A stretch of DNA of 64,000 nt from Chloroflexota bacterium. Lineage in GTDB: Bacteria; Chloroflexota; UBA11872; VXOZ01. Numbering within the stretch: position 1 is the first letter of the stretch; each line of letters begins with the position of its first letter. Shown here in pieces: positions 60,417 to 64,000 of the stretch. The DNA lies in NCBI GenBank assembly GCA_026710945.1, contig JAPOQA010000059.1:21265-85264 (forward strand), read 5' to 3'. The position numbers and the translations under genes were made by a program. Below the pieces are notes generated by a model. That model was not told where the DNA came from. It saw only the letters and a list, made by a program, of their open reading frames with translations, and made no database searches.

Positions 60417-61592
60417 ATGCGTGTATGGAGGCGGTGGAGGATAGCACTAGCCGGTGTCTTGCTTACGCTGGCTCTCGGCGCTTGTGCGCCAAGTATTCCG
60501 TTCTTTTCCGGCGATGATGTCGGTGTTGATGAACTCTTGGCGCAAGGACAGGAAGCTCTGCAAAAGGGCGACCTGGAATCAGCTATGGATATTTACAATG
60601 AGGCCGTTGATAAGTATCCCAATGAATCCCACCCGTATCATCAGCGCGCACTTGTACACGCGCAGTTGGGAGACATCGCCAGCGCGCTGCGGGACATGGA
60701 TCGCTCGATTGAACGCGATCCCAACGACGCCAGCCACATCTTCTTCCGGGCCGGCATCTACCTCAACATAGGGAACCTGCAAGGGGCGCTAGATGACTTA
60801 ACGCGGCTTATTGAACTCGATCCGGGTTTTGTTGAGGCCTATTTAGCACGGGCTTCAATCTACTATGCGCAGAACCGCATGGACGAGGCTTTGGCAGACG
60901 TGGGCATGGCCATAGAACTTCGTCCCAACGAAGCGGAACTCTACTTCCGTCGCGCCAGTTTCCTTTTGACGCGAAACGACTACCAAGGCGCTGTTGACGA
61001 CCTTTCCAAAGCAGTGGAAGTCAACCCCGATTATGCTGAGGCGTATTACCTGCGGGGTCTGGTGGAGCAGGTGGAGGGCAACTTGGAAGCCGCGCTCGCC
61101 GACCTGAGCAAGGCCGTGGAATTGGCGCCGGAACAGCCGCAGCCGTACGTGGCCCGCGCGGGCATCTTACAAGAATTGGAACGCTACGACGATGCTCTGG
61201 TAGACCTGCAGCAAGCGGTAAACATAACCCCGCAAAGTCCGGAGCCCTATGCTGCCCGCGCTGAGGTCTATCGAGCCATGGGCCAGCTTGCGCGCGCGCT
61301 CGATGACGCGAATCGGGCTATTGACCTAGGCGAAGGCGACCCGCGGTATCTCTTGACCCGCGCGGCAGTTCTCGCCGCTCAGGACAATACCACCCAGGCC
61401 CTGCGTGACTTGGACACTGCGGTGGAGGCGGACCCAGGCTTGGCGCAGGCGTTCTTGCAACGCGGCGAGATCTACGAAAACCTGGGCGAAACAGAAAAGG
61501 CGATAGAAGACTACACCCGGGTGCTCTCCATTCCCGCTTCGGACCAGATGCTCGAGCAGGCCCGCGCGGCGCTGGAACGATTGCGCAGTTAG
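60417..61592 (+). CDS. tetratricopeptide-repeat (TPR) lipoprotein
   Basis: Signal plus lipobox LTLALGAC, then about 9 consecutive 34-aa TPR units (repeated A..Y..RA / G....A..D pattern). Confidence 0.75.
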   Translation: MRVWRRWRIALAGVLLTLALGACAPSIPFFSGDDVGVDELLAQGQEALQKGDLESAMDIYNEAVDKYPNESHPYHQRALVHAQLGDIASALRDMDRSIERDPNDASHIFFRAGIYLNIGNLQGALDDLTRLIELDPGFVEAYLARASIYYAQNRMDEALADVGMAIELRPNEAELYFRRASFLLTRNDYQGAVDDLSKAVEVNPDYAEAYYLRGLVEQVEGNLEAALADLSKAVELAPEQPQPYVARAGILQELERYDDALVDLQQAVNITPQSPEPYAARAEVYRAMGQLARALDDANRAIDLGEGDPRYLLTRAAVLAAQDNTTQALRDLDTAVEADPGLAQAFLQRGEIYENLGETEKAIEDYTRVLSIPASDQMLEQARAALERLRS

Positions 61593-61650
61593 GCGGATAC
61601 GGGCTCTCGCTTCTTCTGCATCTGACGCGCTTCGGTTGAGCGCGTAACTC

Positions 61651-61692
61651 GAAGAGGATCGCACGCTGCGGCGAGCGTGCGATCCTCTTCGG
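61651..61692 (+). terminator. long perfect hairpin downstream of the TPR gene (terminator-like, no U-tract)
   Basis: GAAGAGGATCGCACGC-TGCGGCGA-GCGTGCGATCCTCTTC, 16-bp stem. Confidence 0.35.
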
Positions 61693-61825
61693 ACATCATT
61701 GGGCTTTCCACTCCGGACCAATTCGGTCCCAAATCCCTCGTTGAGACCATTGGAGTGCTCCGTCAAGCACGCCAGCATAGGCTGGATGCGGCGAATGTGC
61801 TCCCTCACACCGGCTCCTTCCCCAG

Positions 61826-62136
61826 GAGACCTTCGCATAGCCCTACTTTCAAGCAAGGGCACTCCCTCTCCTGTGGAGACCTTTGCATTACCCTCGCCAC
61901 AGCGCAGATGTCCCCTCTCCCTCGACGGGAGAGGGCTAGGGTGAGGGTGAATCTCCTGAATTCTCTCCATAGCATACCGATATTTGCTCGGCTACCTCTT
62001 GACACTGCACCAGCGCAAGGGGCCACTGCAACATAAAGATCCCCTCACCCCGACCCTCTCCCCGGGGAGAGGGAGGTTTTCTCGCCGACAGGTGAGTTAC
62101 GCAAAGGTCTCCCCAGGGAGAGGGAGAATCACCTGT
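61826..62136. repeat. composite repeat block (near-identical to 8398..8555 plus CCCTCACCCCGACCCTCTCCCCGGGGAGAGGGAGG hairpins)
   Basis: 61826..61955 aligns with 8421..8550 at high identity. 62038..62136 carries two further CCCTCTCC/GGAGAGGG hairpins. Confidence 0.8.
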
Positions 62137-62411
62137 GCGTTAAGGGACGCTCCGCCGGGAAGAGCGAGCGCCGGCCGCACTCGATCCGTGGAATTCCTTG
62201 AGGGAGGGGGTAATGTTCGCGCCTCTGGTACGAGTTACCAGGGCGTCTCCCATGGGAGGAAAGCGCTTCAGCTTGGATTCGGCCGTTTGCGATTCAACCG
62301 GCAATTCCGGCCGCCCTCACGGCAACAAGGTGCAGGGGAAATAGGCCCAAGCCTCACTTCGCTGCGGCACACGAGCCGGCGGAAGCTACCGCCAGCCACA
62401 CAAGCGGTGTC

Positions 62412-63137
62412 TTAGGTACACTGCCAGGCCGGATCGATATTCACCACGCCGATAATCCAATTTTGCAACACCCAGGCGTCGCCTTGGCGCGCAAACGTAT
62501 AGCTCTGGCCGGGGTAGTTCACGACTTCGCGCGACGTCTGTTCATCATCGCTCGCCGTGCAGCTCAGCACAGCGTCGTAGGTCCACACCTCTTGGGTCTC
62601 CACGACCACTTCACTTTCATCATCGGAAACGCTCTGCAGGGCGCAGGTACTCACCACAGGCACAATCGTCGTTATACGGACAACGCTATAGGTATCGGTG
62701 CTCTTTGCGAGCAGTGACTCGGCTGACGATTGGGCACGCGCGGCCATGGCGCCCCATGTGGCGCTGAGTTGCGACGCATTGATCTCGCCCCGCATGAGGG
62801 CAGACTGGCTATTGTTTGCCGCGGCAATCGCGGCGCGGAGTTCAGTCGTGCAGGGATCGCCGGCAGCGAGAGCCGGCAGCGGCGTAACTTCCGCGACCGC
62901 CGTCGGCGCCGGCGGCGGGGTAGGAATAGGAGCCGGTGTCGCCAGACTCGGAAGGGGGGTTACTAAGGGCGTTGGCGACGGCGGCACTTCTGTCGCCTGC
63001 GGCATTGGCGAGGCCTCCACCACTTCTTCGGTACCGGGATCAGTAAGCCGCAATGCCACGATCGTCCCTGCAACGACAAGCAGGACAACCACCAGAATGA
63101 TGAGCATTCGAACCACCCACGACCAACTCATATTCAC
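62412..63137 (-). CDS. membrane-anchored hypothetical protein with Pro/Thr-rich linker
   Basis: N-terminal transmembrane helix (MLIILVVVLLVVAGTIVAL), PTPLVTPLPSLATPAPIPTPPP linker, C-terminal globular region with 4 Cys. No family recognised. Confidence 0.4.
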   Translation of the reverse strand: MNMSWSWVVRMLIILVVVLLVVAGTIVALRLTDPGTEEVVEASPMPQATEVPPSPTPLVTPLPSLATPAPIPTPPPAPTAVAEVTPLPALAAGDPCTTELRAAIAAANNSQSALMRGEINASQLSATWGAMAARAQSSAESLLAKSTDTYSVVRITTIVPVVSTCALQSVSDDESEVVVETQEVWTYDAVLSCTASDDEQTSREVVNYPGQSYTFARQGDAWVLQNWIIGVVNIDPAWQCT

Positions 63138-63202
63138 ACTCCTATACGCTACTGCTTGGCTTCATACTACCCTTAATCCGCGCACAATGCACGTCAAGGA
63201 CA

Positions 63203-63231
63203 CCGACACTATGAGAGCAAGGTGCTATAAT
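63203..63231 (+). promoter_or_regulatory. putative promoter of the nusA transcription unit (extended -10)
   Basis: TGcTATAAT at 63223..63231 with a weak -35 (CCGACA) 17 nt upstream. About 115 nt upstream of the nusA start. Confidence 0.35.
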
Positions 63232-63266
63232 GAAGGTGATTGCGGAAGTGGGCAAGGCTCACTCGG

Positions 63267-63290
63267 AAGTGGGAATATCCCACTTTTCTT
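63267..63290 (+). promoter_or_regulatory. terminator/attenuator-like hairpin in the nusA leader
   Basis: AAGTGGG-AATAT-CCCACTT followed by TTCTT, between the putative promoter and the nusA start codon. Confidence 0.3.
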
Positions 63291-63344
63291 AATTCCTGGC
63301 GGTTGCCTCAGGAGGTTGCCGGCAGGACTGGGAAGGTATCGCGC

Positions 63345-64000
63345 ATGAAGAGCGACTTTGTATCTGCAATTGCGCAGATTGCCAGTGAAAAAGGCTTAGA
63401 CCAAGAAGACGTCATCGGCGCGCTAGAGACTGCGATCCTTTCTGCATATCGGAAAGTTAGCGGCGACCCGGTGCCGAATGCCGTTGCGTACTTTGACGCG
63501 CAATCCGGCGAATCGAAGATTTATGTACCCAAGCTCGTCGTGGAAGACGTAGCGGACCCGGAAGCCGAGATCAGCCTCGCGGACGCGCAAACTATTGACT
63601 CTGAGGCGGAACTCGGCGACGAAATCGAGGTGGAGATTACGCCACCGAACGTGGGCCGCATTGCCGCGCAAGCAGCGCGGCAAGTACTGCTACAGTCTTT
63701 GCGCGAGAAGGAACGAGACCACGTTTACGACGACTTCATCGACCGCGTGGGGGAAGTCGTGAGCGGTCGGGTGCAGCGGGTTGACAGCCGTGGCGTGGTG
63801 CTGGACTTCGGCCGCGCGGAAGCGCTGATGTCATCCGCAGACATGGTACCTGGCGAGCGCGATCGCTACCGCTTGGGCCAACGGCTACGCGCGTACATCG
63901 CGGAAGTGCGGAAAGATCTGAAGGGACCCGTGGTTCGCGTCTCGCGCGCCCATAAGGACTTCATCCGACGCCTTATCGAACAGGAAGTCCCCGAAGTGCA
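63345..64000 (+). CDS. nusA: transcription termination/antitermination factor NusA (5' part; continues beyond the window end)
   Basis: N-terminal MKSDFVSAIAQIASEKGLDQEDVIGALETAILSAYRK matches the NusA NTD; EVVSGRVQRVDSRGVVLDFG is the S1 domain. Open to the window edge, so absent from the ORF track. No rimP directly upstream. Confidence 0.85.
   Translation, partial: MKSDFVSAIAQIASEKGLDQEDVIGALETAILSAYRKVSGDPVPNAVAYFDAQSGESKIYVPKLVVEDVADPEAEISLADAQTIDSEAELGDEIEVEITPPNVGRIAAQAARQVLLQSLREKERDHVYDDFIDRVGEVVSGRVQRVDSRGVVLDFGRAEALMSSADMVPGERDRYRLGQRLRAYIAEVRKDLKGPVVRVSRAHKDFIRRLIEQEVPEV

Overview
This window is a high-GC (about 60-65%) bacterial chromosomal segment. It is densely packed with housekeeping and metabolic genes, and I found no rRNA, tRNA or CRISPR loci. 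Lineage cannot be determined from sequence alone; a Chloroflexota-like genome is a guess only.

Recognisable genes, in order along the window:
- HAD/Cof hydrolase
- two GSA-aminomutase-like class-III aminotransferases
- GMC oxidoreductase
- PhyH-like dioxygenase
- neutral-ceramidase-like protein
- sugar-phosphate isomerase/epimerase (TIM barrel)
- DUF3604 protein
- UbiA prenyltransferase, TlpA-like thioredoxin and DppA (M55) peptidase
- UxaA-family dehydratase large subunit
- GroEL
- heme A synthase CtaA
- Gfo/Idh/MocA oxidoreductase
- CopA P-type ATPase plus a small YHS protein
- three tandem lipoprotein solute-binding paralogs, and a fourth solute-binding protein further on
- sulfatase, Zn-dependent alcohol dehydrogenase, CocE/NonD hydrolase, PmoA-family protein
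- DegT-family aminotransferase, a TPR lipoprotein, and the 5' part of nusA at the window edge

Two things stand out beyond the gene list.

1. Intergenic DNA is saturated with several families of short palindromic or hairpin-forming dispersed repeats (REP/MITE-like). They occur as composite blocks and as tandem copies.

2. Four or five short lower-GC islets (about 48-52% GC) interrupt the backbone, and each carries defence-like or DNA-processing cargo:
- a translationally coupled AAA_21 ABC-type ATPase plus a DUF4276/TOPRIM-like protein, resembling OLD/PARIS/AbiL-type defence modules
- an operon of an HsdR-N-type PD-(D/E)xK nuclease-domain protein plus a DUF2442 protein, abutting a repeat block
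- a lone UvrD-family helicase whose ORF changes composition partway through
- a DEDDh exonuclease fused to a BRCT domain

Other notable items:
- a secreted protein made of four tandem Cache-like repeats
- two paralogous secreted DUF11-like proteins that share a Cys-containing C-terminal module and the same 3' hairpin
- an alcohol dehydrogenase gene bracketed by one repeat family
- a perfect 17-bp x ~10 tandem array upstream of the TPR lipoprotein gene
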